A stretch of 64,000 nucleotides of DNA, from contig NC_043023.1 of the NCBI RefSeq assembly GCF_006345805.1, forward strand, positions 744,001 through 808,000, given 5' to 3'. Shown here piece by piece: positions 39,615 to 52,951 of the stretch (position 1 is the first letter of the stretch; each line of letters opens with the position of its first letter). A program made the position numbers and the translations under genes. The notes beneath the pieces were generated by a model. It made no database searches, had not been told where the DNA came from, and saw nothing but the letters and a program-made list of their open reading frames with translations. The DNA is from Octopus sinensis. Lineage: Eukaryota.

Positions 39615-40188
39615 CAGGTGTGGCTGTGTGGTAAGAAGTTTGCTTCCCAACCACATGCACAAATGCTTCTCTTTGTGTTTGTCTCCCACTACTACTTGAC
39701 AACCAATACTGGTTTGTTTATGTCCCTGTAACTTATTGGCTTGGCAAAAGAGATCAATAAAATAAGTAATAGGCTTTAGAGAATCAAGTCCTCAAGGAAG
39801 TGCCACAGCATGGCCCCAGTCCAAAACAAGTAAAAGATAACAGATGTGTGCGTGTATATATGTGTATATGTATGGGTGTATATAGATACAGGCATGGCTA
39901 TGTGGTAAGAAGCTTGCTTCCCAACCACATGGTTCCGGGTTCAGTCCCACTGCGTGGAATCTTGGGCAAGTGTTTTCTACTATAGCCTCAGGCCGATCAA
40001 AGCCTTGTGAGTGGATTTGGTAGACGGAGACTGTGGTTTGGCAAAAGAGACTGATGGAATAAGTTTTAGGCTTACAAAAGAATAAGTCCTGGGAGTGTTT
40101 TCTTTGATGGAAACCTTTAAGGTGGTGCTCCAGCATGGCCACAGTCAAGTCGATGAAATGAGTAGAAGAATATATATATGTATATATA

Positions 40189-40622
40189 TTTTTTTTTTTT
40201 TTTTTTTTTTTTTTGCCTCCCTATATTGATTAATTATGAATTTTCTGGTTAGTTCCGTAATGGAATCGGCGGCTTATATTTATTTGCTGCCGATAAATTT
40301 GGCGCGAGTGCGACGATTTGAAAATTTTAGGTCAGATATTGCCGAGGCAGGGACGGGAATGCCTCGTGAAAAATATCTGTTCCGATTTGGCTATTCCTTA
40401 CTGATGAATCTAAGGGCCTATGGTAGATTGGCTTGATTTAATTTAATCAGGATAGTTTACCATTAAACAGTAGAAGAAACGGTGCATCGTATAAGGAATT
40501 TCAGGGTAATGTTTTTTTAATTTTCTCCTGGTTTACAGAATTAATGTTATTTTGCGGTTGAAGCTTTTTGGCTGTTATTTCTAGTGGGTGAATGGCCTAT
40601 TATGGCCGTTCCTTGATTGTGA
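40189..40622 (-). mobile_element. Poly(A)-tailed non-coding retroposon or LINE 3' end inserted in (TA)n
   Basis: 26-T run at 40189-40214, CpG-rich body, TA tracts on both sides, no tRNA head or ORF seen. Confidence 0.6.
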
Positions 40623-40629
40623 TATATAC

Positions 40630-40663
<34 letters not shown>

Positions 40664-40694
40664 GTATATATATATATGCATATACATAAAAATA

Positions 40695-41080
40695 TATACT
40701 CTTACTCTTTTACTCTTTTCAGTCATTTGACTGCGGCCATGCTGGAGCACCACCTTTAGTCGAACAAATGAACCCCGGGACTTATTCTTTGTAAGCCTAG
40801 TACTTATTGTATCGATCTCTTTTGCTGAACCGCTAAGTGACGGGGACGTAAACACACCACCATCGGTTGTCAAGCGATGCTAGGGGGACAAACACAGACA
40901 CACAAACACACACACACATATTATATACATATATACGCCGGGCTTCTTTCAGTTTCCGTCTACCAAATCCACTCACAAAGCTTTGGTCGGCCCGAGGCTG
41001 TAGTAGAAGACACTTGCCCAAGGTGCCACGCAGTGGGACTGAACCCAGAACCATGTGGTTTGTTAGCAAGCTACTTACCA
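40695..41080 (-). mobile_element. SINE family A, 5' end truncated next to a Helitron
   Basis: Reverse-complement match ending at ctacttacca. Confidence 0.88.
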
Positions 41081-41102
41081 TATAAGCTAATATATATATA
41101 TA

Positions 41103-41454
41103 TCTCTCTATATAAACGGCAGTTTGTCTGTCTGTGTGTCTGTTTGGTTGTACCCTCACCCTGACCACGACTTTCAACCGATTCTGATGAAACTTGACAC
41201 ACACATAGCCCAATGTCATAATTCAAAACTAACGCAGCGAAAATTTTGAAAATTTCCCCCTGTTCTGAAAAAATCGATAAATTCGACATGGGGTCGAGAA
41301 TCAGAAACACAAACCACAGACCTTTTTAACTCTCAAAAAAAAATTTACCATCATTTTTTTTCCATTTTTTTGCTATTTTTTGGCCATAACTCTCTAAAAA
41401 TGCTTTATAGTTATTTCCCTTACAAACCCGAGCAACGCCGGGCGATACTGCTAG
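41103..41454 (+). mobile_element. Non-autonomous Helitron
   Basis: A|TC start, cccgagcaacgccggg hairpin, CTAG|T end; 3' ~68 bp shared with 13095-13604. Confidence 0.85.
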
Positions 41455-41917
41455 TACAAGCTAATATATGGATATTTGTTAATAATTAACAATAATTTCA
41501 GTGGCTAGCATGGGTATATATATATATATAAGCACTGTCTTTCATCTGTCTCATACCCTGTGTCCCAGATTCACCCCCACCCACCCGACCACCCTATCTT
41601 TGGTGCAAAAGGGTTAGGTATGAAGTGGAAACAGTACAAAACAATTGCCGTTAACAGGGTGGATGATAATTACAAGGGGATAGGAGGGAGAGAAGACTGT
41701 AGACTGGAAGCAGGGGATTTTGGGGTGTTTGGAATGGAGTGCAGCGAGGAAGGGGCGTTCTCGATAGATGATAGGGGTGGGGTAGGGAGGCGGAGCTTGT
41801 GGGGGTGGGGGCTAAGGCACACGGCATGGAATGGTGGGGAGCGGGGAGGGAGATGTAGCAGGGTGAAGCAGTACCTGATGTGTCTAGAAAAAGAAAGGAT
41901 AATAAGCAAATGCAGTT

Positions 41918-41953
<36 letters not shown>

Positions 41954-42419
41954 TGGGTAGTGGTATTGATGATGATGATGACAATGACTGATGATGATGA
42001 TGATGACTGATGGTGAGGTGGTGGGAGTGATGATGATTATGGTGATTGATGATGTTAGCTACTACGAAAGTAGTAGCAATGGTAGTGGTGGTCATGGATT
42101 GATGAGAATTAATGTGATGGAGCTGATGGTGGGAGGAGGTGGTAGTGGTGAGAGTATTTGTGGTGCTATGGAATTGATGATGGCAATGATGATGATGATG
42201 ATTGTGATAGTGTAGTAGTGGTGATGGCACTAGTAGTAGTAATAGAAGTAGTAATAGTAGTACTCATGGTCATTGTACTGGTGGTGGTAGTGATGGTAGT
42301 GTTTGGCAGTGGTGGTCATAGTGTTGTTTGTGGTGATAGTAGTGGTGGTAGTGGGTGGTGGAGGTGTTTTACAGTGGTGGTGGTGTGCTAGTTTTCCCCA
42401 CCACAGTAGTACTGGTAGT

Positions 42420-43075
42420 AGTTGCGGTGGTGGTGGTGGTGGAAATGGTAGTGTTTTGCTGTGGTGGTGGTGGTGGAAATGGTAGTGTTTTGCTGTGGTG
42501 GTGGTGGAAATGGTAGTGTTTTGCTGTAGTGGTGGTGGTGGAAATGGTAGTGTTTTGCTGTGGTGGTCGTGGTGGAAATGGTAGTGTTTTGCTGTGGTGG
42601 TCGTGGTGGAAATGGTAGTGTTTTGCTGTAGTGGTGGTGGTGGAAATGGTAGTGTTTTGCTGTGGTGGCGGTGGTGGAAATGGTAGTGTTTTGCTGTGGC
42701 GGTGGTGGTAGAAATGGTAGTGTTTTGCTGTGGTGGTGGTGGTAGAAATGGTAGTGTTTTGCTGTGGCGGTGGTGGAAATGGTAGTGTTTTACTGTGGCG
42801 GTGGTGGTAGAAATGGTAGTGTTTTACTGTGGCGGTGGTGGTAGAAATGGTAGTGTTTTGCTGTAGTGGTGGTGATGGAAATGGTAGTGTTTTGCTGTGG
42901 TGGCGGTGGTGGAAATGGTAGTGTTTTGCTGTGGCGGTGGTGGTAGAAATGGTAGTGTTTTACTGTGGCGGTGGTGGTAGAAATGGTAGTGTTTTACTGT
43001 GGCGGTGGTGGTAGAAATGGTAGTGTTTTGCTGTAGTGGTGGTGATGGAAATGGTAGTGTTTTGCTGTGGCGGTA
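42420..43075. repeat. 30-33-bp minisatellite (ggt)n-ggaaatggtagtgttttgctgt, ~19 copies
   Basis: Direct inspection; variant units recur with an apparent ~170-bp higher-order period. Confidence 0.93.
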
Positions 43076-43849
43076 TTAGTGGTGGTAGTTTTCTGCAGTA
43101 GTTCTGCTAGTAGTGCTGGTGGCGATGGTGGTGGCACTGCTGACATTGGTGTGGTGATGACAGTGGTGGTAGTCACAACAGTTATAACAACATTAAGCCC
43201 TAAGTGCCTTATTACTAAAATTAGCAATTTTATTATTACCAATAATAATAATAAATGATTAAGACCCTAGCCACAGTCCGGCAAATTAACGAGAACAATC
43301 GTCAATTATGTCGGCTTCAAGACATAATCATTCCTTGTTTTATTGGTTCAATACAGCCCCATAATTAGTCCTTTGTGTTGGATTTTACAGGGTCTGTCAC
43401 ACACTAAAAAGCTAATAATAATAACCATTGTAGGGGCAGGCATGGCTGAGTGGTAAGAAGCTTGCTTCACAACCACATTGCTCTGGGTTCAGTCCCATGA
43501 TGGCATGGCAAGTGTCTTCTACTATAGCTTTAGGCAAACCAAAACCTTGTGAGTGGATTTCATAGACAGAAACTGAAAGAAGCCGTCATATGTATGTATA
43601 TATATGTGTGTAGATGCTGGCATCTGTGTGCATAGGCACAAATGTGGCTGTGTGGTAAGAAGCTAGCTTCCTAGCCACATAGTGCCAGTTTTTAGTTCCA
43701 CTTCATGACACCTTGGGCAAGTGCTCCGGCATGGGAACTATATATATATATATATATATATATGTATTGGTAAAAAACGGTAAGATAACAAAAGAAAGAA
43801 AGAGACCTCAATACTATGTAAATAGAGGGATTTATCTGTAAATAGTCAA

Positions 43850-43910
43850 GATAAAACTCTGAGTTTTGGATGCCGAAGTGGAAATCCACAACACCATCTC
43901 TTCGGTTATC
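43850..43910 (-). ncRNA. Degenerate type I HHR motif
   Basis: gataa-CCGAAGA-gatg...catc-cAAAA-ctc a gag-TT-ttatc; same stem III as 21015-21052. Confidence 0.5.
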
Positions 43911-44016
43911 TGGCCAGTGTTTTATCTTAGCTATTGAATAATTGTCACATATTATTTTACAGATATATATATATATATATAAAGAAGACAGAAAATTGAG
44001 AAATAATTGACTTACA

Positions 44017-44397
44017 TCAATTATTATTTATTTATTCAATATAAATAGACTGCATCCCACCTAACAGCTGTTTCTGCTTCCAATGTTTTATGGTATCGCC
44101 ATTGATATGCTCAAAATATTTATCATATTTGGTAACAAAACAGATCTGAAACAAGGACCTTCATCAGAGTGAAGAATAAATAAAGAAGAAGAGCATAGAG
44201 AAAGAAAAGGGGAAAAGTTGAATATGATGTGCCAGCAAAATGTTATGATTACAACCATATTCAACTTTTCCCTTTTATTACCAAATATGATAAATATTCT
44301 TAGCATATCAATGGCAATACCATACAACATTGGAAGCAGAAACAGCTGTTAGGTGGGATGCACTCTATTTGTATGGAATTAATAAATAATAATTGAT
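44017..44397. repeat. Foldback, ~124-bp arms, with a nested ~19-bp hairpin and HHR half-motifs
   Basis: 44017-44140 vs 44273-44397; GAAA-cagctg-TT in the arms; CTGATGA-a-ggtc on the minus strand of the spacer. Confidence 0.88.
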
Positions 44398-45239
44398 CTG
44401 TCGTCTTAAAGTTTTCATTCTTGATAAACCCATGTTTATCCTTGTCTTTACCTATAATTTATGAGCATAACAGACTTGCATATGTATGTCCATGGTAAAA
44501 TATAGATAATATACCAGTAGTGTAATGGATACTTCTATCCCTTAGACAGTTATTTTAACCCCTAACTCAACTAACTTTATATATATATATGTATATGCCT
44601 TTGTGTCTGTATTTGTGTCTGTGTTTGTTCCCATCCCACTGCTTGACAACCAGTGTTGGTATGTTTATGTCCCTGTAACTTAGAAGTTCAGCTAAAGATT
44701 GATAGAATAAGTACAAGACTTAAAAACAAGTGCTGCGTTTGATTTGCTCGACTAAGATTCTTCAAGGTGGTGCTCCAGCTTGGCCGCAGTTTAATGACTG
44801 AAACAAGTCAGAGTGAAAGAATCATCATCATCTAATGTCCACTTCCCATGCCTGATGGCTAAGATGGAGTTTATTTGAGGCAGATTTTTCTTTACAGCTG
44901 GATGCCCTTTATATGAGAGAACTATATGCGAGGAATTCTTTGAGGTTTGGATAATTTAGCTTTGGAAACATGGGTGTTTTGTTCAACATCCTTAAACAAC
45001 CCTTATTCAGGGACCTTTTGAGCGGGATGGGTTAATCAACCTGAAGAAAATTCTAACCGGGCTCCACGTGCAGATAAAGTTATATGCAGAAATACAATTA
45101 ATTTGATAGATACACATTTGAAAAGAATATGGCTTTGTTTCATTGGTCCTTTCAATAACTGGTTGCATGAAATAACCTATTTTCTCTGCCTTGGTTCACA
45201 TTTATGTGCTTACTCTGGTATATATATATATATATATAC

Positions 45240-45565
45240 CCGTGCCGGTGGCATGTAAAAACACCTTCTGAACGTGGCCGATGCCAGTGCCGCCTGTCTG
45301 GCGTCCGTGTTGGTGACATGTAAAAAGCACCAACCGATCGTGGCCGTTTGCCAGCCTCCCCTGGCACCTGTGCCAGTGGCACATAAAAAGCACCCACTAC
45401 TCTCACGGAGTAGTTGGCGTTAGGAAGGGCATCCAGCTATAGAAACACTGCCAAATCAGACTGGAGCATAGCGCAGCCTCCTGCCTTCCCAGACTCCGGT
45501 CTAACCGTCCAACCCATGCTAGCCCTGAAAACAGACGTTAAATGATGATGATAATGATGATGATA
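45240..45565 (+). mobile_element. RTE 3'-UTR fragment
   Basis: gttggcgttaggaagggcatccagc...(gat)n. Confidence 0.87.
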
Positions 45566-46183
45566 TAAATATATTTGTTTTAATGGTGAGGAAGTCAAAA
45601 ATTTGAATATTAGAACATAAACCAGGCAAATCCTTCAGTGTTTTTCGTCTCAGTTCAAATAATGATGAGTAGAAGAAAGAATATACAAATACCTGAAAAT
45701 ATTCTGTTTATATTTTAAATGTCTTTTTGTTTCTTTTTTATTTTACTTAAATCTCGCCTACTGAAGGGGACAAATTGGACCTTTATGAAATCTTGGTCCT
45801 TTTGTCTGAAACAATTGTAAGGGAATATGAAATATGAAATAATAACTATCCATTTTTACATCCAATATGATTCATTCATTTTATTTGATGAAATTTATTA
45901 AACTTTGGTTTAATTAAATAAGTCTGTTATTGACTATATCTGTAAACGGTTATTTTCGATATTTTTTCACATTGGATTAAGTGTTCATTTCTCTTTTTGT
46001 CCTCTGCACAGCTTTTAAAGATTTTAGTTGAAGAAATTGACCCCAAGACTTATTCTTTTGTAAGACTAGTACTTATTCTATAGGTCTTTTATGCTGAACT
46101 TCTAAGTTACGGGGACATAAACACACCAACATTGGTTGTGAAGCATATCATTGTCATCATTTAACGTCTGTTTTCTATGCTGG

Positions 46184-46227
<44 letters not shown>

Positions 46228-46303
46228 TCAAAATGTGACCACATGTGTACCGTTGGCGATTTTTTTTCCTGTCTTCCCTTCTCTGGATCTTTCCTTTTCC
46301 TAT

Positions 46304-46338
46304 GTTTCTGATGAAGAGCTCCGCTCGAAATGTTAAAC
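46304..46338 (+). ncRNA. Minimal type I HHR motif in a ~200-bp element between (TA)n tracts
   Basis: gttt-CTGATGA-a-gagc tcc gctc-GAAA-tg-TT-aaac; one CG>TG change from a palindromic ACGU stem III. Confidence 0.75.
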
Positions 46339-46422
46339 CCTTCTTCTTCCCTTCCTTCCTGAGCGTCCAATAATGCTATATTTGTTCCACATCCTCGTGT
46401 TGTTGTGTTTTCATGTTTGGAT

Positions 46423-46466
<44 letters not shown>

Positions 46467-46954
46467 TACAACAGGCTTCTTCCAGTTTCTGTTTACCAAA
46501 TTTACACAGCCTAGGGTTATATTAGAAGACACTTGCTCAAGGTGCTACTCAGTGGGACTGAACCTGGAAACACGTGGTTTGGAAGTAAGCTTCTTACCAC
46601 ACAACTGTACACACACACACCCACATACATACGACGGTCTTCTTTCAGTTTCTGTCTGCCAAATCCACTCCCAGGGTTATAATAGCAGCCTCTTGCCCAA
46701 GGTGCCATGCAATGGGATTGAACCTGGACCCATGTGGTTAGGAAACAAGCTTCTTAAACATACATACAGTATCATTCATAAGAATACATTAAGACAACGA
46801 CGATAACGATAGCGATAATGATTAAGATAACGAATACAATGATGATGATGATGATGGTGATGATGATATCTTCTTAATTTACCGTAAAAAATGTTCCTTA
46901 CCTCATTCCTCCACCATCACTACCATCAAGTCTGCACCACCACCATAATCTCAA

Positions 46955-47581
46955 AAAATACACACACACACACATATACACACACTGACACGCACACACA
47001 CACACACACATATGTATACACATACACACACATGTATACATGCACACACATATATACACACACTGACACACACATACACACACACACATATGTATACACA
47101 TACACACACATGTATACATACACACACACATATACACACACGCATATACACACACTGACACGCACACACATATGTATACACATACACACATGTATACATG
47201 CACACACACACATATGTATACACATACACACACTGACACGCACACACATATGTATACACATACACACATGTATACATGCACACACACACATATGTATACA
47301 CATACACACACACATGTATACATGCACACACACATATACACACACTGACACGCACACACACACACACATATGTATACACATACACACACATGTATACAAG
47401 CACACACACACATACACACACATGTATACAAGCACACACACATATACACACACTGACACGCACACACACACACACATATATATACACACATATTTTTAAA
47501 ATATATATAATAACAATAATGATAATAATAGTGAGAATGAGAATAATAATAACAATAATAATGATAATAATCATAATAATG

Positions 47582-47618
<37 letters not shown>

Positions 47619-47668
47619 TAATAATGATAATAATAATAACAATAATGATAATAATAATAATAATAATG

Positions 47669-47699
<31 letters not shown>

Positions 47700-47719
47700 T
47701 AATAATAGTAATAATGATG

Positions 47720-47753
<34 letters not shown>

Positions 47754-47810
47754 TAATAATAATAATAGTAATAATGATAATAATAATAATAATAATAATA
47801 GTGAGAATGA

Positions 47811-47868
<58 letters not shown>

Positions 47869-47895
47869 CACAATAATAATAATAATAATATTTTT
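46955..47895. repeat. Compound (CA)/TACA minisatellite followed by (AAT)n
   Basis: Direct inspection. Confidence 0.93.
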
Positions 47896-48719
47896 GATGA
47901 TGATGATGATAAAGCGATAAGACGGCGATGAGGCGTCTTTTATTTTTTCCCCTCTTTTCTTTACGAGGCACATTAAGGATGGTAAATGAAGCGATACCTG
48001 CTGCGGCGTTAATGACCAAAGTCACAGTTTTGGTTCGTTGAAAGTTTATCCTCTGAAGACTGCCGCATGACACAGTCAAAACAAACAACAGCTTTCTGTT
48101 ATGATAGCGATAACGACAACGACAACAACAATAATAATAATAAAAGGAATAATGATAATAACAATAATAATAGTAAAAACAACAACAGCAATAAATATAA
48201 CCACATTAACAACAATGTAAATAATAATTATCTTTTATGTCTTTGACTTGTTGCAAGTTATTGGAATGTGGCCATGCTGGAGTAATGCTTTGAGGGGTTT
48301 TAATCAAACAAATCACCTTCAGTACCTATGTTTTTCTTTGTTTTTTTTCTTTGTTTTTTTTTCTTCTAAGTCTGGCTATTATTTGATCAGTCACTTTTGC
48401 TGAGCTGCTAAGTTATGGTTTTGAAGTGGTGCTGTCAGTGGGAGATGACAAAGGCGGACACAAAAATACACACACATTGAGATACACACACACACACACA
48501 CATCTATATGGGAATGTGTGTGTGTGACAGGCTTGCATACAGTTTCCAGATTCTAAATTCATTCATAAGTTATTGGTTGATCTGTGACTATAGTAAAGAC
48601 AAGGGGTGACATGAGGTGGGACTGAACCTGAAACCATGTGGTTGTAAAGTGAACTTCTAAACCCCAAAGCAATGCCTGTGCCAATAATAATAATATTAAT
48701 AATAATAATAGTAATACTG

Positions 48720-49130
48720 TTTTACTTGTGTAAGTCATTTGACTGTGACCATGCTGGAGAACTGCCTTTTAGTTGAGCAAATTGACCCCAGGACTTATTC
48801 TTTGTAAGCCTAGTACTTATTCTATCAGTCTCTTTCACCGAACCGCTAAGTTACGGGGATGTAAACACACCAGCATCGGTTGTCAAGCGATGTTGGGGGG
48901 ACAAACGCAGACACACAAACATATACACACACACACACACATATACATACATATATACATATATACAACAGGCTTCTTTCAGTTTCCATCTACCAAATCC
49001 ACTCACAAGGCTTTGGTCTGCCCGAGGCTATAGTAGAAGACACTTGCCCAAGGTGCCATGCAGTGGGACTGAACCTGGAGCCATGTGGTTCGTAAGCAAG
49101 CTACTTATCACACAGCTATTCCTATGCCTA
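48720..49130 (-). mobile_element. SINE family A
   Basis: Reverse-complement match. Confidence 0.88.
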
Positions 49131-49159
49131 CTATAATACTAATAATAATAATAATAATG

Positions 49160-49375
49160 ATTTCAAATTTGGGCACAAGGCCAGCAATTTCAGGTGAGGG
49201 TATAAGTCAATTGTATTGACCCCAGTGTTCAGCTGGTATTATTTTATCAACCCCAAAAGTATGAAGGGCAAAGTCAACCATGGCAGAATTTGAACCCAGA
49301 AAATAAGGATAGAGAAAATGTTGCAAAGGATTTTCCTGGCATGCTAATGATTTTGCCAGCTTGCAAATAATGGTG

Positions 49376-49426
<51 letters not shown>

Positions 49427-49714
49427 GTTTCCAATTATAGCACAAGGCCAGCAATTTTTTGAAGGGGTAAGTCAATTACATCTACCCCAGTGTCCAACAG
49501 AATAATAATAATAATTTCTACTGAAGGCACATGGCCTTGAGATTTTGGGGGAGAAGACTTGTCAAATACATCGACCCCATGCTGAAAGGATGAAAGGCAA
49601 AGTCTACCTTGGTGGAATTTGAACTCAGAAGGCAAATGTAATACCACTAAGTAGTTTGCCTGGCACGGTAACGATTCTACCAGCTCACCGCCTTAATAAT
49701 AATAATAATAATAA

Positions 49715-49751
<37 letters not shown>

Positions 49752-50021
49752 TAATGGTTTCCAATTATAGCACAAGGCCAGCATTTTTTGAAGGGGTAAG
49801 TCAATTACATCTACCCCAGTGTCCAACAGAATAATAATAATAATTTCTACTGAAGGCACATGGCCTTGAGATTTTGGGGGAGAAGACTTGTCAAATACAT
49901 CGACCCCATGCTGAAAGGATGAAAGGCAAAGTCTACCTTGGTGGAATTTGAACTCAGAAGGCAAATGTAATACCACTAAGTAGTTTGCCTGGCACGGTAA
50001 CGATTCTACCAGCTCACCGCC

Positions 50022-50053
<32 letters not shown>

Positions 50054-50282
50054 TATAATAATGTAATAATAATTCTTTCTACTATGGGCACAAGGCCTGA
50101 AATTTGGGGGGACTAGTTGATAATATCGACCCCAGTATTTCACTAGTACTTAATTTATCGACCCCGAAATGATGAATGGCAAAGTCAACCTCAGCAGCGT
50201 TTGAACTCAGGACATGAAGACAGACGAAATACCATTAAGCATTTCGCCTGGCATGCTAATGATTTTGCCAGCTTGCCACCTT
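49160..50282 (-). mobile_element. Cluster of four SINE family D copies separated by (AAT)n; middle two form a near-identical 330-bp tandem duplication
   Basis: gaaaggcaaagtc.acct...ggaatttgaactcaga motifs; duplicate units start at 49421 and 49751. Confidence 0.85.
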
Positions 50283-51596
50283 AATAATAATGATAATAAT
50301 AATAATAATAATCCTTTGGTACACATACCAAAAAAATCCCATGGGTGTACATACACAATTAAATGCACAAAAATACAAACCCTTCATCTACCCTCACTCT
50401 TACCTTCTCTTCTTAGCAAACACACATCGACGTACACACATACAAGTATACACAGACATCAGAGCAATTCTTGGAGAGACACAGAGCAATCTTTCGAACA
50501 AGAGAAGTCACACTGAGTCACTGAAAAGGTCAGAAAGAATGATGGAAGGGTTAGGGTTTGACTAACGAACAACCAATTGGTTATTTAACCAATTGACTTA
50601 CAATAAAGAACTGGTATTGAACCAGTGCATGTGTAATTATCTACATAATAACCTTCCCAAGACACAAGATTTGTTTCAACACATGCAAATGTGGTGTGTC
50701 TGTGTGCTATGAGGATTGCTTCACAACCACATAGTTCTAGGTTCAGTCCCACTGCATGGCACCTTGGGCAAGTGTATTCTACTATAGCCTCGGGCTGACT
50801 AAAGTGATTTGAATGGATTTGGTAGATGGAAACTTAAAGAAGTTCTGTGTGTGTATGTGCTTGTCTATGTGTCTGTATTTTCCCCCATCACTGCTTGACA
50901 ACTGGTGTTGGTTTGTTTACATTCCAGAAACAGCAGCTTGGAAAAAGAGACCAATCAAATAAATATCAAGCTTTAAAAAAAAAAGTCCTTAGGTTGAAAC
51001 ATTCCACTAGGACTTCTTTAAGGCGGTGCCCCAGCATGGTCGAAATTTAATGCCTGAAACAAGTAAAAAATGAAATATATATATATATATAATTACAGAA
51101 ACATCAATGATGATTGAAAACCAAGACTTGGGAAACGGAGGCCTTAGTCTATTGATCCCTTTTGCCTAGCTATTAAGTTACAGGGACATAAACAAGTCAA
51201 ACTGGTTTTCAATTGATGAGGAATAGGGGACAAACAAATGCACCCCACCACCACTACACACATATATGCATATATATATACAGAGGGCTTTCAAACAGTT
51301 TCCATCTAGCAGAATCACTCGGAAGCCATTGGTCAGCCGAAGACAATAAAAGACATTTGCCCAAGGTGTTACACTGTGGGACTGAACCTGGAACCATGTA
51401 CTTAGGATGCATGTTTCTTTCTACACACACACAGACACACACTCATACATATAACAGGCTTCTTTCAGTTTCCCTCTATCAAATCCACTCATAAAGTTCT
51501 GGTCAGCCAGAGACTATAGTAAAAGCTTTTTACCCAAGGTGCCACACAGTGGGACTGAACCTGGAATCATGTGGTTGGAAAGCAAACTTCTTATCT

Positions 51597-51631
<35 letters not shown>

Positions 51632-51634
<3 letters not shown>

Positions 51635-51915
51635 CGTCACCATGACTGACCAGGCAATCAGATGTTGCTACACATTGCTGGTCACAATGCGCTTCACATT
51701 GTTTTAGCCTTTAAATGACGCCACCCTGCTGGCTAAGCGAGCAGGCCAACAGAAGAAAGAGTGAGAAAAAGTTGTGGCAAAAGAGTACAGCAGGGATCAC
51801 CACCACCCCCTGCTGGAGCCTCATGGAGCTTTAGGTGTTTTCGCTCATTAAACACTCACAACACCCGGTCTGGGAATCGAAACCGTGATCCTACGACCGC
51901 GAGTCCGCTACCCTA
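51632..51915 (-). mobile_element. SINE with family C head and centre but a different tail
   Basis: ctttaggtgttttcgctc...ggaatcgaaacc...gagtccgctaccctaaccact resembles 23641-23934. Confidence 0.7.
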
Positions 51916-52951
51916 ACCACTGGGCTATTGTGCCCCCTATAAATATATATATATATATATATCATTTATATGTATGTATATACATACATGCACACACACA
52001 CGCAAATATATATATGTGCATTCATATAGACACACATACACACACGTGTGTGTATAGAGGTAATTATAATCGTATTTTGCACGGTACAATAATCAACATT
52101 ATCATTAGCTTCAGTAACAGCCCCCAGGGACATCAGCACCCCCTCCTCCACCCCCCACCCCCACCACCCCCACCACAAACACACGTTTGGATGGATTCAT
52201 ATCTGGCGAAAAGTAGGTATTGATGGGAGTTGAGGGGGGGTGAATGGGTGGCGGTGAGTGCATTGCTTTGAAGCGGAACTCAAAATATATACCAACAAGT
52301 GCCCTGCCCCGTCCCCTGAGCCATTCAACTACACCTGTATATGGTTTATCTTATTACAGAATTAGATTTGGTGGTGGTGGTGGCGAGAGGAGAGGTTGTT
52401 GGGAGACGAAAGTTTGGGGGTGGTGGTAGGAGGTAAACGAGGAAGGGGAGTTGCTGGTGTTTTATTTCCCCCCGGGTCATTTTTTCAGTCTAGTAGACCC
52501 GAGATGTTCCTGCTGTGACCATCCCATCTATAATTCAAACCTGTATGGTAAGTAGCTTGTTTACCAACCACATGGTTCCGGGTTCAGTCCCACTGCATGG
52601 TACCTTGGGCAAGTGTCTTCTACTATAGCCTCGGGCCGACCAAAGCCTTGTGAGTGGATTTGGTAGACGGAAACTGAAAGAAGCCCATCGTATATATGTA
52701 TATGATGATGATGATGATGATGATATATGTATGTGTGTGTATATGTTTGTGTCTGTGTTTGTCCCTCTAGCATTGCTTGACAACCGATGCTGGTGTGTTT
52801 ACGTCGCTGTCACTTAGTGGTTCGGCAAAAGAGACCGATAGAATAAGTACTGGGCTTACAAAGAATAAGTCCTGGGGTCGATTTGCTCAACTAAAAGGCG
52901 GTGCTCCAGCATGGCCACAGTCAAATGACTGAAACAAGTAAAAGAGTGAAG

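Noticed and set aside
41560-41991. 143-aa ORF and opposite-strand acceptor at ~41885
   Set aside because: G-rich low-complexity sequence running into (GAT)n; no recognisable domain or consistent exon
45766-45817. Possible micro-exon (GDKLDLYEILVLLSETI, GTAAGG donor), and similar candidates near 4697, 7926, 19827, 50460 and 59276
   Set aside because: One splice signal is weak in each case and phases do not chain into a coherent model
48048-48085. CTGAAGA-ctg...cag-tcAAAA
   Set aside because: Register is incompatible with an HHR; no stem III or stem I
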